64,000 nt of DNA from Lama guanicoe (Eukaryota), in the NCBI GenBank assembly GCA_013239625.1, contig MU054001.1:2672151-2736150 (forward strand), written 5' to 3'. Positions 48,617 through 60,760 of the stretch are shown in pieces (positions within the stretch are counted from its first letter, which is position 1; every line of letters starts with the position of its first letter). The position numbers and the translations under genes were made by a program. The notes below the pieces were generated by a model that ran no database searches, was not told the DNA's origin, and worked only from the letters and a program-made list of their open reading frames with translations.

Positions 48617-49083
48617 AGAGTGATACATGCTCATTGCAAAACCATCAAGCATTATAGGGAGAGCCTGTAATCTAATTTGTGCCCTATCCTTCAGATAGCT
48701 TCTGGTAAGTTTGATACTTATTCCATAATTCTTCATATGCATGTCCACTCTCATGCACTCACAGCTGTATTATTCTGCTGCTTGCTTTTATCACATATTC
48801 TTCCATCTCACCATAGAATTCTGTTTCATTCTTTAAAAGCCATGGCATATGACATCCCCATTATATAGATACACCCAAAACTTATTTATTCAACCTCTTA
48901 TAGATGGGCCATTGGGCCTTTTAAAGGGAGAGTTTAGAAAGGTGTAGAGAAGGAGTGAGAGAGGGCTAGAAATACGAGTGATGGTGAGAAGTTAAGAACT
49001 GTTCTGGGAAGAGAAAAAAATTAAAATATGAGGGAAAAGTCATTGGTGAAAAATTCTACATCTATGATAGAAGCCATAACTTT

Positions 49084-49116
49084 TTTTTTACATTTTTTAT
49101 TGATTCGTAATCATTT
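49084..49116 (-). mobile_element. About 33-bp L1-type 3' terminus insertion with perfect 16-bp TSD
   Basis: TAGAAGCCATAACTTT at 49068-49083 and 49117-49132 flanks TTTTTTACATTTTTTATTGATTCGTAATCATTT, which has AATAAA plus poly-A on the - strand. Confidence 0.75.
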
Positions 49117-49724
49117 TAGAAGCCATAACTTTCTTAAAGATGAAATAAATTAGAATATGAAAAGCCAAATTTTAAAATATCTGGGAGAAAACATAGGAAG
49201 ATATTCTTATGATTTCAAAGTAGGAAAGGATTTCTTGAGACTCAAAAAGTGCTAAAAATATAGGAAAGGATAGATGAATTTTACTTTATTAAATTTGTTT
49301 ACAGTTCTTCTCACTAAAAGACACCATAAAGAATGAAGAGTAACCCACAAACTGGGAGAAGAATTTGCATCACATATAATAGACAAAGGATTCATATCTA
49401 CAGTATACTTGAAAACTGCTCTAATCATAAAAAGAAGCAAAAAAAGGTAGAATAATACACAAAAGATTAAAAAACAGATGTTTCATATGAGATATATTTG
49501 AATATCCTATAAACATATGAAAACATACTCCGTCTCATTTGTAAGCTATGAAATGCAAAATAAAATATCACTGAGATATTATTTCACACTTACCCAATTG
49601 GTAAATATTTAAAATTCAGACAACCAAGTGATGGCGAGGACATGAGGGATTGGAAACTTTCATTCATTGTTGGTAGAGTATAAATTATTACCACCACCAT
49701 GGAAAAGGGTTTGGCTTTGCCTAG

Positions 49725-50140
49725 TGTGTTCATCGCATTATGCTGCATAACACATTACCACAAAACTTAGTGGCTTAAAATAACATTTATTATTCACAGT
49801 TTCTCTGGATCAGAAATCCTGGTATTGGGTTTGCTGGGTTCTTTGTCTAAGGTCTCACTGTCTCACTTACTAGGCTATAATCAAGGTGTTGGCCTAGGCT
49901 CTGGTGTCTCATCTCAGGGTTTGACTAGGGAAGGGTCCACCTTGAAGCTTATGCATGTAGTTGTTGGCAAGATTCAGTTCCTTGTGTATTATTGAACCAG
50001 GGGGCCTTGGCTCCTTGCTGTCCTCTCGTTGGAGGCCTCTATTAGTTCCAGGATACATGGGTCTCTCCATAAGGCAGCTCACAACATGGCAGCTGGTTTC
50101 TTCAGAGTGAATAAATGAGAGTGACAGAAGCCATGCTCTT
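49725..50140 (-). mobile_element. MLT1F-like LTR (short terminal piece probably resumes at about 54722-54749)
   Basis: GCTGCATAACACATTACCACAAAACTTAGTGGCTTAAAA...GTTGTTGGCAAGATTCAGTTCCTTG...CACAACATGGCAGCTGG; distal TTAGAAGCAGCCTATCACA. Confidence 0.75.
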
Positions 50141-50295
50141 TTTTCCCCCAAGAACTTTATTGAGTTACAATTCACATACCATAAGATTTGCCCATTTAAA
50201 GTATTCAGTTTAGCGGTTTTTGTATTCACATATTTGTGCAACCAATACTACCATATAATTTAAAAATATTTTCATGACCTTAAAAGAAATCCCAT

Positions 50296-51748
50296 CATAA
50301 ACACAGTCAACTGATCTTTGATAAAAGGGCAAAGGTAATAAATGGGGCAAGAAGGTCTTTTCAACTAATGGTGCTGGAACTACTGGACATTCACATGCAA
50401 AAAAATTAAATAAATCTAGATACAGACTTTACACACTTCAGAATATTAACTCAAAATGAATCATAGAACAGATGTAAAATGCGTAACTATAAAACTCCTA
50501 GAAGATAACATAGGAGTAAACCTTGGGTATGGTGATGACTTTGTAGATATGACACCAAAGGCACAATCCATGAAGGAGATAATTGATAAACTGGACATCA
50601 TTAAAACTGAAAACTTCTCTATGAAAGACAATTTCAAGAGAATGAGAAGACAAACCACAGACTGGGGGAAAATATTTGCGGAAAAATATCTGATTAAAAG
50701 AACTCATTATCCAAAATTTACGATGAACTCTTAAAACTTGATAATAAGAAAACAAGCAACCTGATTTAAAAATGGGCCAAAGACTAACAGATACTTCACC
50801 AAAGATACATACAGATGGCAAATAAATATCTGAAAAGATGTCCTATATCATATGTCATTAGGGAAATGCAAATTAAAACAACAGTGAGGTAACACTACAC
50901 CTATTAAAGTGGTCAAGATCTGCAGCAATAACAAAACCAAATGCTGGTAAGGATATGGACCAACAAGAATTCTCGTTTATTGCTGGTGGGAATACACATT
51001 TTGTGATTTCTTACAAAACTAAACATATCTTACTGTATGCTTAAGTGATTTTGTTCCTTGGTATTTATCCAAAGGAACTGAAAACACATCTACACAAAAA
51101 CTGCACATGGATGTTTATTCTCATTTTATTTATGATTGCCAAAACTTGGAAGCAACAAAGATGTCCTTCAGTAGGTGAATGAATAAATAAACAGTGGCAC
51201 ATTCAGGAAATGGAATATTATGTAGTAATAAAAAGTAATGAGCTATCAGACCATAAAAAAGACATGGAGGAACCTTAAGTGTATGTTGCCAGGTGAAATA
51301 GTCCAGTCTGACAAGACTGCATACTGTATGATTCCAACTACATGACATTCTGGAAAAGGCAAAATTACGGACATAGTAAAAAGATGAGTGGTTTCCAGGG
51401 GTTGGGCTGGGGGCAGGAAGGTAGGGATAAATAGATGGAACACAGGATTTTTAGGGCAGTAAAAGTACTCTGTATGATAGTATAATGATAGGTATATGTC
51501 ATTATACATTTGTCCAAACCCATAGAATGTACAACACCATGTGTAAACCATAATATAAACTGTGGACTCTGGGTGTTAATGGAGTGTTAATGTAGATTCA
51601 TTAGCTCTAGCAAGTGTACCACTCTGGTAGGGGATGTTGATAGTAAGGGGGGCTATGCATGTGTGAAGATGGGGGATATATGGGAAATTCTGCACCTGCT
51701 GAATTTTGCTGCAAACTTAAAACTACTCTAAAAAAATAAAATTTTTAA
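50296..51748 (+). mobile_element. L1MC1-like 5'-truncated L1 with 14-bp TSD
   Basis: CAGTCAACTGATCTTTGA...CCCATAGAATGTACAACACC...CTTAAAACTACTCTAAAAAAATAAA; TSD AAAAGAAATCCCAT (50282-50295) / AAAAGGAATCCCAT (51749-51762). Confidence 0.85.
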
Positions 51749-52607
51749 AAAAGGAATCCCATACTCATTGGCAGTCACTACCCATTCCTGCCCTCCTCAA
51801 CTCCCAGCCCCAGGCAACCACATTAATATACTTACTGTCTCCATGGGCTTGCCTATTCCAGACATTTCACATAAATGGAATCACACAGTACATGGTCTTT
51901 GTGACTGGCTTATTTCACTTGATAGTTTTCAAGGTTCATTCATGTCATAACATGTATCAGTGTTTGATTTTTCACTGGTTAGTAATATTCCATTGTGTGG
52001 ATATAGCCCATTTGTTTATCCATTCATCAGTTGAACACTGGTTATTTCTAGTTTTCCACTATTATGAATAATACCTTTATGCAAGTATGCATAAAATTTT
52101 TGTGTGTGGACATAGTTTTTATTCCTTTTGTGTATATACTTAGGAGTGGAATTTCTGGCTTATATAGTAACTTCTGAGTTTAACTTTTTAAGAAACTCAA
52201 AACTGTTTTCCATAACAGCTGTACCTTTTTACATTCCCATAAGCAATGTATGAAGGTTCTAATTTCTCCATGTCCTTATCAATGCTTACCATTACCTATT
52301 ATTATATTATTACCTATCTTTTTGATGATAGCCATCCTAAGGAGTATGAAATGGTATCTCATGGTGATTTTTATTTGCATTTCCCTAATGACTAACAATG
52401 TTAGTCCTTATTGGCTATTTGTAATCTTATTTGAAGAAATATCTATTTAGATGCATTGGCTATTTTTAAGTTATGCTATTTATATTTTAATTATTGTTAC
52501 AGTAGTTCTTTATATATTATGGCTATATATTTTTGTCAGATATATTATTTGCAAATATTTCCTTCCATTTATGGGTTGTCTTTTCACTTTCTTTATGGTG
52601 TCCTTTT

Positions 52608-54609
52608 TAAAAAATTGTATTTTATTATTTTTTACTGAAGTATGGTTGTTTTACAATATGATATTTGTTTCAAGTGTAGAGCATAGTGCTTCAGTATTTT
52701 TATAGATAATACTCCACTTAATGGCAATATATTCCTGTGTTGTTCTATATTCCTTATTGCTTATCTATTTTAAACATAGTAGTTTGTATCTCTTAATCCC
52801 ATATCCCTATTTTGCACCCCCTTTTCTCTTCTCACTGATAACCACTAGTTTGTTTTCTGTGTCTGTGAGTCTGTTTCTGTTTTGTAATATACATTTATTT
52901 GTTTTATTTTTTAGATTTTATATATAAGTGATAATATACAGTATTTGTCTTTATCTGTCTGACTTATTTACCTAAGCATAATACTCTCTTGCAGCAATCC
53001 ACATTGTTGCAAATGGCAGAATTTCAGATGGCATGATACTTATATAGAAAACCCTAAAGTCTCCACCAAAAAACTAATAAATACATTCAGTAAGGTTGCA
53101 GGATACAAGATTAATATGTAGAAATCTGTTGCTTTTCTATATAATCATCATCATCATCATCATCATCATCAGAAAGAGAAAGGAAAAAACTTTAAAATCT
53201 CATCAAAAAGAATAAAATACATAGGAGTAAACTTAACCAAAGAGGTGAAAGACCTATATTCTGAAAACTGTAAAATATTGATGAGGGAAATTGGAGATGA
53301 TTAAAAAAAAAATGGAGTGATACCCCATGTTCTTCGATTGGAAGAATTAATGTTAAAATGTCCATACTACCCAAAGCAATCTACAGATTTAATTCAATGC
53401 CTATCAAAATACCCATGACATTTTTACAGGACTAGAACAAATAATCCTAAAATTTATATAGAATCACAAAAGACACTGGATTGCCAAAGCAATCTTGGGA
53501 AAAAGAACAAAGCTGGAGGTATCAATGCTCCCTGACCTCAGACTATACTGCAAAACTACAATAATCAAAACTGTATGCTACTGGCACAAAAACAGACACA
53601 TAGATCAATGGAATAGAATAGAGAGCCCGGAAATAAACCTATGCACCTAGGGTCAATTAATCTATGTCAAAAGAAGCAAGAATGTACAATGGAAAAAAGA
53701 CAGCCTCTTCAATAAGTGATGCTGGGAAAGCTGAACAGCTACATGGAAAAGAATGAGATTAGAATATTTCCTTACACCATATACAAAAAAAAAAAAAAAA
53801 CTCAAAATGGATTAAAGACCTAAATGTAAGGTCTGAAATCATAAAACTTCTGGAAGAGAACACAGGCAGAACACTCTGACGTAAATCATACAATATTGTT
53901 TTTGGATCTGTCTCCTAAGGCAAAAGGAATAAAAGCAAAAACAAGCAAATGGGAGCTAATTAAATTTAAAAGCCTTTGCACAGCAAAGGAAACCATCAAC
54001 ACAATGAAAAGACAACCTACTGAATGGAAATATTTGCAAATGGTATGAGCAATAAGGGGTTAACATCCAGAAAATATAAACAGCTCATACAACTCCATGT
54101 CAAAAGAACAAATAATGTGATAAAAAAAATGGGCAGAAGACCTGAATAGACATTTTTCTAAAGAAGACATACAGATAGCTTACAGGAATATGAAAAAAAT
54201 ACTCAACATTACTAATCATTAGATTAGATATCACTCTCACCTGACAGAATTGCTATCATCAAAAAGTCTACAAATAACAAATGTTGCCAAGTATGTGGAG
54301 AAAAGGGAACCCTTGTGCACTGTTGGTGGGAATATAAATTGGTGCAACCATTATAGAAAACAGTATGGAATTCTCTCAAAAAACTAAAAATAGAACTACC
54401 ATATGATCCAGTAATTCCACTCCTAAGTATATATCTGAAAAAAATAAAAACACTAATTCAAAAAGGTACATGCACCCTAATGTTTATAGCAGTATTATTT
54501 ACAAAAGCCACGATATGGAAGCAGCCCAGGTGTCCTTTAATAGATGAATGGATAAAGAAGTTGTGATATACATATACAATGAAATATTACTCAGACATAA
54601 AAAAGATTG
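52608..54609 (-). mobile_element. 5'-inverted (twin-primed) L1 insertion with 13-bp TSD
   Basis: 3' end on the - strand at 52608-53026, ORF2 body on the + strand at about 53025-54607; TSD ATGGTGTCCTTTT at 52595-52607 and 54610-54622. Confidence 0.85.
53145..53170. repeat. (CAT)n microsatellite inside L1 ORF2 remnant
   Basis: TCATCATCATCATCATCATCATCATC. Confidence 0.9.
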
Positions 54610-56299
54610 ATGGTGTCCTTTTATGCACAAAATTTTTAATTTTGATGAAGTCCATTTATCTGTTTTTATTTTGTGGCTTGTGCTTTTCATGTCATATCTA
54701 ATAAAATATTGCCTATCCAAAGGTCACCATTTAGAAGCAGCCTATCACATGTAGTAAAGTTGAACCTGCCCTTTCTCCATAAACCAGCAATTTATGTCTT
54801 CCTAAGTATGAATCCTAAAGAAATTCTTGCATGAGTATACATCAAGAATATTCAGAGCAGCATAATCCATAGCATTAAAAAATAGGAATGAAGCTTATGT
54901 TCTTTAATGATAGAAGGTATAAGTTAATTTTGCCACAGTCATTTAATGAGAATGAAAATGAATGATCTATAGATACACTTCAACACAGTGAGTATCTAAA
55001 ATATATAATTAGTGAAAAAAGCAAGACAGAAAAATACATGCTGTTTTTAGAAAGTTCATTTATAGAAAGTTCCAAGTGAGGCACAATTAAATAATAGTTA
55101 TTTAGGAGTAAATACATACGTGGAAAAACTGTAAGAAGAGCATAGGATGAATGCAAAATCCAAGATATTGGCTGCCTTTGGAAGAAAGAAAAGGGATATG
55201 ATAAAAAGAAACATACAAGAGGTTGCTAAGTCTCTGGTAACATTTTATTTTCTTAGCAGGTTAAAACACAGATCATTCTTTTATTATATTTCTTTAACGC
55301 ATACATATATTACATATTCCCATATTTCAAACCATTTTTATACATTTACATGTCTTAATAAAAATTAACAAATTTTCTGAAATAGATAATAAAACTTTTG
55401 AAATACCTATGGTATTTTGTCTAAATTCCATAGACACTCCAGGTCTTAGTTGGAAACTTCCAGCAACAGAAATGGTGACTAGACCCACCCTCATGGAAGC
55501 CAGTTACATTTCTTAAAAGTGTGACTCTTCTCAAGTCCTTAATATGTTGAACTGAAAACTATCTCCTAGTGACTTTTTTCTACTGGTAGTAGTTCTACCC
55601 AAGTAAGTTATGTACAACTTTCTAATCATTTAATTAGACCTACCCCTAATTATTGAAAAAAATCTACATTCGTCTTTCCTTTGACACACAAGCTTTCCTT
55701 ACCAAATTTCCTTGGTAAGCATGCTCAATGTGTTGGAAGTCCAGACCAGATAAGGAATGAATGGAGTGATTTTTATCCTGGCCCTTTTTTTTTCCAAAGC
55801 CTCCTGGTTGTTCCTCAGAAAGCTCATGGTCTGTTTGGGAGAGATGAACTGAACACAGGAAATGAATTTAACTGTCAAAGTCTGTGAATAGGCAAAACAT
55901 ACTAAAGGAATTTAGAAGATAAGTCTCAAGAGAGGATGCAGTTTTACTTAAAAGAAGGGATAAATCATTTTATTATTTGATTAGTTGTGTCACAGTTTAA
56001 AATTTTAATCTGACTTTGTCCCTTGAATAATAAGACTGCAAACCAAAGAGAAGTGCACAATTACAATTGAATTTAGCTTTGATTTTACAAAGTAAGACTT
56101 ACCCCTTAGAATTCATGAAAGATATTAACATAATCTAAACATCAATATTAATAACATGATGGGCAAGAGACTTCTTATGCCAGCATTTTAAAATAGTGGG
56201 CCCCTCCCTTCCTCTGGGTCAGGGATCTGCCCAGAATTTATTCATCATTTATGAACTGACATTTTTGGAACTCTGACGTGTTTTAATTAGATCCCATTG

Positions 56300-56485
56300 G
56301 GAAGGATACCCAGGCTCTTTCTTCATCACTTACTAGCTGTCATTCTGCTTCTTGGTTTCTCATCTGTAAATTGTTGATTAGAATTGTATCTGTTTCATAG
56401 GGTAGTAGTCAGGACAGGGTGCAATGATGTTTTTTGAAGAGTTTAGCCCTGGGCCTAGCATGTGGAAAATTTTCAGTGAATGCAA
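56300..56485 (+). mobile_element. MIR SINE
   Basis: CACTTACTAGCTGT...GTTTCTCATCTGTAAA...GGGCCTAGCATGTGG. Confidence 0.7.
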
Positions 56486-56739
56486 AGTTAGCTTTGCTAT
56501 AATTTCTCCTCTATGTTCAAGGATTTCATAGTCCAAGATTCTACAATTCCAGAGCACCAGGAGTCTTCTTGCCCATTCCTGGGGCTTTCTCTTTCTTTTT
56601 GAGGACATCCCCCTTTGCAGACCAAGCTCAGATATTTGAGGGAATCCCAGCATCCCTCCATCCTAGAAACTGAAAGGGAATCATTGGCCCCCAAGAACCC
56701 TATTCAGTTTGCCTGACAGAGTAATAATAATAAATTGAA

Positions 56740-56915
56740 AAACTTGAAAACTGGGAGATTTCACATAAAAATCTACAAATTCTAGTGTCTCTTTAAAAAC
56801 TGCAATATCCACCAGCTCTTGGACTCTGCTTCCTCAAGGCATCTTGGCTAGAGCTGAACAATGGCTTGCTGTTTGACACAGAGACATAACTTTCTCCAGT
56901 TCCTCACCATCTCCA
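56740..56915. mobile_element. Old hAT-type MITE fragment (MER102-like)
   Basis: GGGAGATTTCACATAAAAATCT...GGCTAGAGCTGAAC...CTCCAGTT resembles MER102 as I recall it. Confidence 0.45.
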
Positions 56916-57118
56916 GCCTGGTCACTTCTCTCATATCCTCATATTCCCGGTAGTCAATGAGTGTGCAGTCTTTCCTGTTCCAACTGAAAAGGACGTCCTT
57001 TACTGAGAACATGAGCTTGGGTTTTGCTATGCGGAAAGGGAATATTGTCTGCCGTTCTAGTAAACAAAGAGTGTTGCTGGCCATTCCAGTTCTAGAAGGA
57101 TCAAGTTATCTGCCACTG

Positions 57119-57535
57119 TGTCTTCCTCCCCTCCTCCATGGTACGCCTGCCCTAAGGGGAATTCGGGCTGGAGAAACACAGGAAGCATTCTGTGCTTTGG
57201 ATACTGGCCCTAGATAGTTAAGATACATGTCTAAGGAATAATTTCAATGAGCTCAGACTCTTGTATTTTTCCATACATAGAAAAGCATGAAAATCATTAA
57301 CTTAAGATGTCTACTTCTTGTGATTAGCAGTAATCTTTTGATGTTTGACTACATATTTTTTTCTTTTCAGCAAAAAACAAAAAAACTGTTATGTACCCTG
57401 GCTCTTCTGTTAGCTATTCAGAGCAATTCCTCAGAGCTATCGTAGAGCCTGTCTCCTGGGCTATAGTCCTCAGCAAGGTCCCCAAGTAAAACTTAACTTG
57501 CAACTTTTAGGTTGTGCGTTTTTCTTCAGTTGACT
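57119..57535 (+). mobile_element. ERV1-type solo LTR, probably artiodactyl-lineage
   Basis: GAGCAATTCCTCAGAGCTATC...GTCTCCTGGGCTATAGTCCTCAGCAAGGTCCCCAAGTAAAACTTAACT...GTTGTGCGTTTTTCTTCAGTTGAC is an R/U5-like end; possible 4-bp TSD ACTG/ACTA. The 5' boundary is uncertain. Confidence 0.7.
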
Positions 57536-58759
57536 ACTATCATAGATTTTAGCTTTTGATTTTTTTTAGACGATTTTGAATTTCTTCTCACTTGTCAGAG
57601 AAACTTCCTTGTTTTTATTCTGCAGCAGATTTCTTCTTGTACTCTCCAAGAACAGCTTGCAGGCTTGCAAAAAAGAAGAAGCAGGGCTCTTTGGGGAGCT
57701 GTCAGAAAGAGCAGATGCAGCCCCAGCGTGGTGCTCCTGATCCCTGCAAGTGGCACGTAACACTTTATTTGTAAAGAGAAGGACAGAGAACTTCTCTTCT
57801 CCCCATGTCTCAATTTGCATTTTATTAGGCACCCAGTAGGATGGTTTGCAAATAGCCATCTTCATTCACAGATCTCTCTATCAGCCCCCAACCTACCAGA
57901 GGGCAAAACACAGGGATGTGAAAAACAGGATGGTATTAAAAAGAATCAGAGGAATGCAGCTCACAACTGTGACTTTTTATTTTTCTTCAAAAAGTGTCTT
58001 TTGTTTATAAGACTTCTGAGAGAGATGAGTGGTTTCTGCCCAGCTTCATAGAGACAGCACAAGGTTAAGCAGAGGAAGGCTGTTGTAGGGGAGAGAGGCA
58101 GAGAGACTGGAGTTCTACATTTAGCCCCTCTATTTGCTGGTTGTGTGTTCTGGCATAAACAACTTCATGCATAAGCCTCAGTTTCCAAATAATTTTTTTC
58201 ACAGAAGTGGCCTGGATGCGGTGAAGCAGTGCATGTAACTTCCCTGGCCATCTCCGTATGGCCTTCCTCCCCTTCATCTTTGGAGTTTTCCTTATCCAGC
58301 ATTTCCCATATCAAATTTTGCCTCATAAACATTCAGAAGACTGTACCTTCCAAGAAGAGCTTTGTGTAACTTCTTCACTCAATTATTACTATTATTTGAA
58401 TCATTATAGAGAAATCTTGCTCTTGAAACAAGAAAAACCTGACTTATTCTCCCCAAAATTTATTAACTAGAAGGTGGAAAACTACTGCATGTAATTGTGA
58501 TTTCCTTCAACTGGGGATATATGTTGGAAGATCTTTTAAAACATGGAGGAAAGACCAAACTGTGTTTGGTTTTGTTTATTTTAATAATACATTATGGAAA
58601 GTAGGTAACCCATGTGTGGTATACGTGGTACTTCGTTTTGGTGTCAGAGCAACTTGGTACCTGGCCATTCTGCAGTTAGTTCACCCTTCTCTATGCATGT
58701 CTTATACCTCTTACCATGGAGCAAAAACCATCTCCCCTACAGTTTCTTCCTCTGTTATA

Positions 58760-58965
58760 ATCCCTTAACGCCGTTTAAGAGCTTCACTTCAGTCCCTAAT
58801 GCATGTCACTGTAATGATCTGTTTGTATATGTGTTGTCTGCAGATTTCCTGATGGCAAATATCAGGTCTCATTCATCTTTTCATTCCTGGCATTTAGCAC
58901 AGTGGGCAAGTATTTTGTTGGAGACAAACCTATTATGTGTTGAAAGTAATTGAACGAATGAATAT
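58760..58965 (+). mobile_element. L2 3' end
   Basis: CACTGTAATGATCTGTTTGTAT...TCTCATTCATCTTT...CATTTAGCACAGTG...GTTGAAAGTAATTGAACGAATGAAT. Confidence 0.7.
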
Positions 58966-59789
58966 GGCTGCTGATGCAGTCAAATGTGTGGCCCACCTTT
59001 TTCTTGATCACATTTACATACCTTCAACATAGGAAAAAGTCTGGATGAACAGTGAAAGGTTCTAGGGAGAAAAAAGACCCATCCATATTCCAGATCTTTG
59101 ACTCAGTTTTGCCATTGGGGAGGGGATGGTGGGAGAGGACGTTTTGTTTTAACCATGGTCCTGGTGGTCTCCACCCCTCATTTATCCCGTTGTTTCCCAG
59201 GGTAAAGGTTATGGTGGGAAGATTTACTTTCACCATCAATATCACCCCTGATATGCCCAGGCTTCATCTTCTTTACCCTCGACACTACAAAGAGGCTTGT
59301 CCACATGGAGTTGTGTACATGTGGAAAAGGAATGAACAAAATCTAGTCTCAGGTCTAGTCAGTCATCAGGCAGAGCTAACCAGTTATTGGCAAATGGAGG
59401 TCCTTCCCAGAAGCTGGTGGTAAGCAAGATGGCAGGGCCTCTGAAGCAGTGGTTCTGGAAGGCATTCACTGGGTTGAGATTGGGAACCTTATGCCCACTC
59501 AGCTCCCACAGTGAATGTCCCTGGTGGGGTCCTCTTCTGAAATAATCCATGTTTCTGTGGCCCTAATGGGCTAACCCTCTTCCTCTGGAACCCCACTAAT
59601 CTCTCTTCTCTTATCTCCTCTTCTGTCTCTCTCTTCAACACAGAGGGATATTTTATTGTTGAGAAATTGTCTAAGGATTATACCTTTGGAAAACAAAAAA
59701 AAATGAATACCGCCTTTCCTGCCTCTGTTTTCTTCCTGGTTTCACCTCCCTTTCCTGAGGCAATATATGTGGAAATAGCCTAGCTGACT

Positions 59790-59990
59790 TAATGAGAGTG
59801 GGGCCAGGCAATGGTGGAGAATGAAAAACTGCTAGGGAAAAAAGTGGAGTTACAGTTTGTAAAATACCATCTTGCCAAATTTGTTATGCTGTGGATCCTA
59901 GAGTTCACTCTGTAGGTGATGGGAAGCCATAGAATTTTGAGCAATGTAGCAGTATGATCAAATTTGACCTTTATGAATGGTATATCTGTT
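59790..59990 (-). mobile_element. L2 fragment
   Basis: CTCTGTAGGTGATGGGAAGCCATAGAATTTTGAGCA...ATGATCAAATTTG. Confidence 0.6.
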
Positions 59991-60361
59991 TGAAAGTCTT
60001 TGTTTGTTAACACATACTTTGTGTGTGTCTACCCTGTTTCCAATATTATACTATGATTTATAAGGGGTGTGTGATGTAAAAGGTATCTCTGTTCTTCAAA
60101 GTGCTTTAAAGACTTAGAAGAATGAAATATTTTATCCATAAACAATGGAAACTCAGTTAAGTGTTTGTATAAACCAGTACTCTGGGTAGTGGTAGTACAG
60201 TATGAAATGTTAAGTATTATAGCAGTGGATAGATGAAAGAGCTAGTAACTGGGGAAAGATTTTATGGGGAGGTTGTATGTAAGTTGAACCTCAAAGGATG
60301 GATGATACGAGCTTTGATTGACAGGAGTTAAGGGACAGTACAAAGTGGAGGGAGAAGTATG

Positions 60362-60760
60362 CTATGGTAGGTGCTTGGTAATTGCCTTTTTAAAAATCCA
60401 TCTCTACTTCTACCTTCTCAACAGCCCCTGACTTTTGTTTATGGACCCACATTGTTTTGGGGAAGTTTACTCTACTCCTACTTCTAGGAGTGGATCACAT
60501 GACCTGAATCAATCATCATCCCTCCCCCTCAAACCCTCTCCCTCAAGCCCAGAACCGCTGCATGAGAGAAGCCATCTTTAGAATGATGCCAACACAGAGC
60601 AGGGCATGGTCAAGGGAATCAGAGAAAAATAGTGAAGGAGATCTCTGCATCAAATTGTACTGAAGCTGACTTCAACTCTGAAATTCTCAGTTCCATGATA
60701 CAGTAAGTGTCTCTTTGAATTGGGCTTTGTGTGCCTTATGTTGAATCATTAACTGTGACA
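60362..60760 (+). mobile_element. Old MLT1-type LTR
   Basis: ACAGCCCCTGACTTTTGTTTATGG...GGAGTGGATCACATGACCT...AATGATGCCAACACAGAG...TTCTCAGTTCCATGA. Confidence 0.55.

Larger units (their letters stand above)
50150..54722 (-). mobile_element. L1MB-like element in three pieces (50150-50295, 51763-52607, 54623-54722)
   Basis: CTTTATTGAGTTACAATTCACATACCATAA...; CCAGCCCCAGGCAACCAC...; AATTTTGATGAAGTCCATTTATC. The pieces become co-linear once the two TSD-flanked inserts are removed. Confidence 0.8.
49133..55380 (+). mobile_element. L1ME-like ORF2 3' end/3' UTR, host of a nest (pieces at about 49133-49724 and 54750-55380)
   Basis: GAAAACATAGGAAGATATTC...AACTGGGAGAAGAATTTGCA...TTGGCTTTGCCTAG resumes at TAGTAAAGTTGAAC...CCTAAAGAAATTCTTGCA. 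Confidence 0.7.

Noticed and set aside
50456..50734. 92-aa ORF resembling L1 ORF2 C-terminus (IKLLEDNIG...KRMRRQTTDWGKIF)
   Set aside because: Real L1 homology, but only a fragment of a truncated, stop-riddled L1; not a gene.
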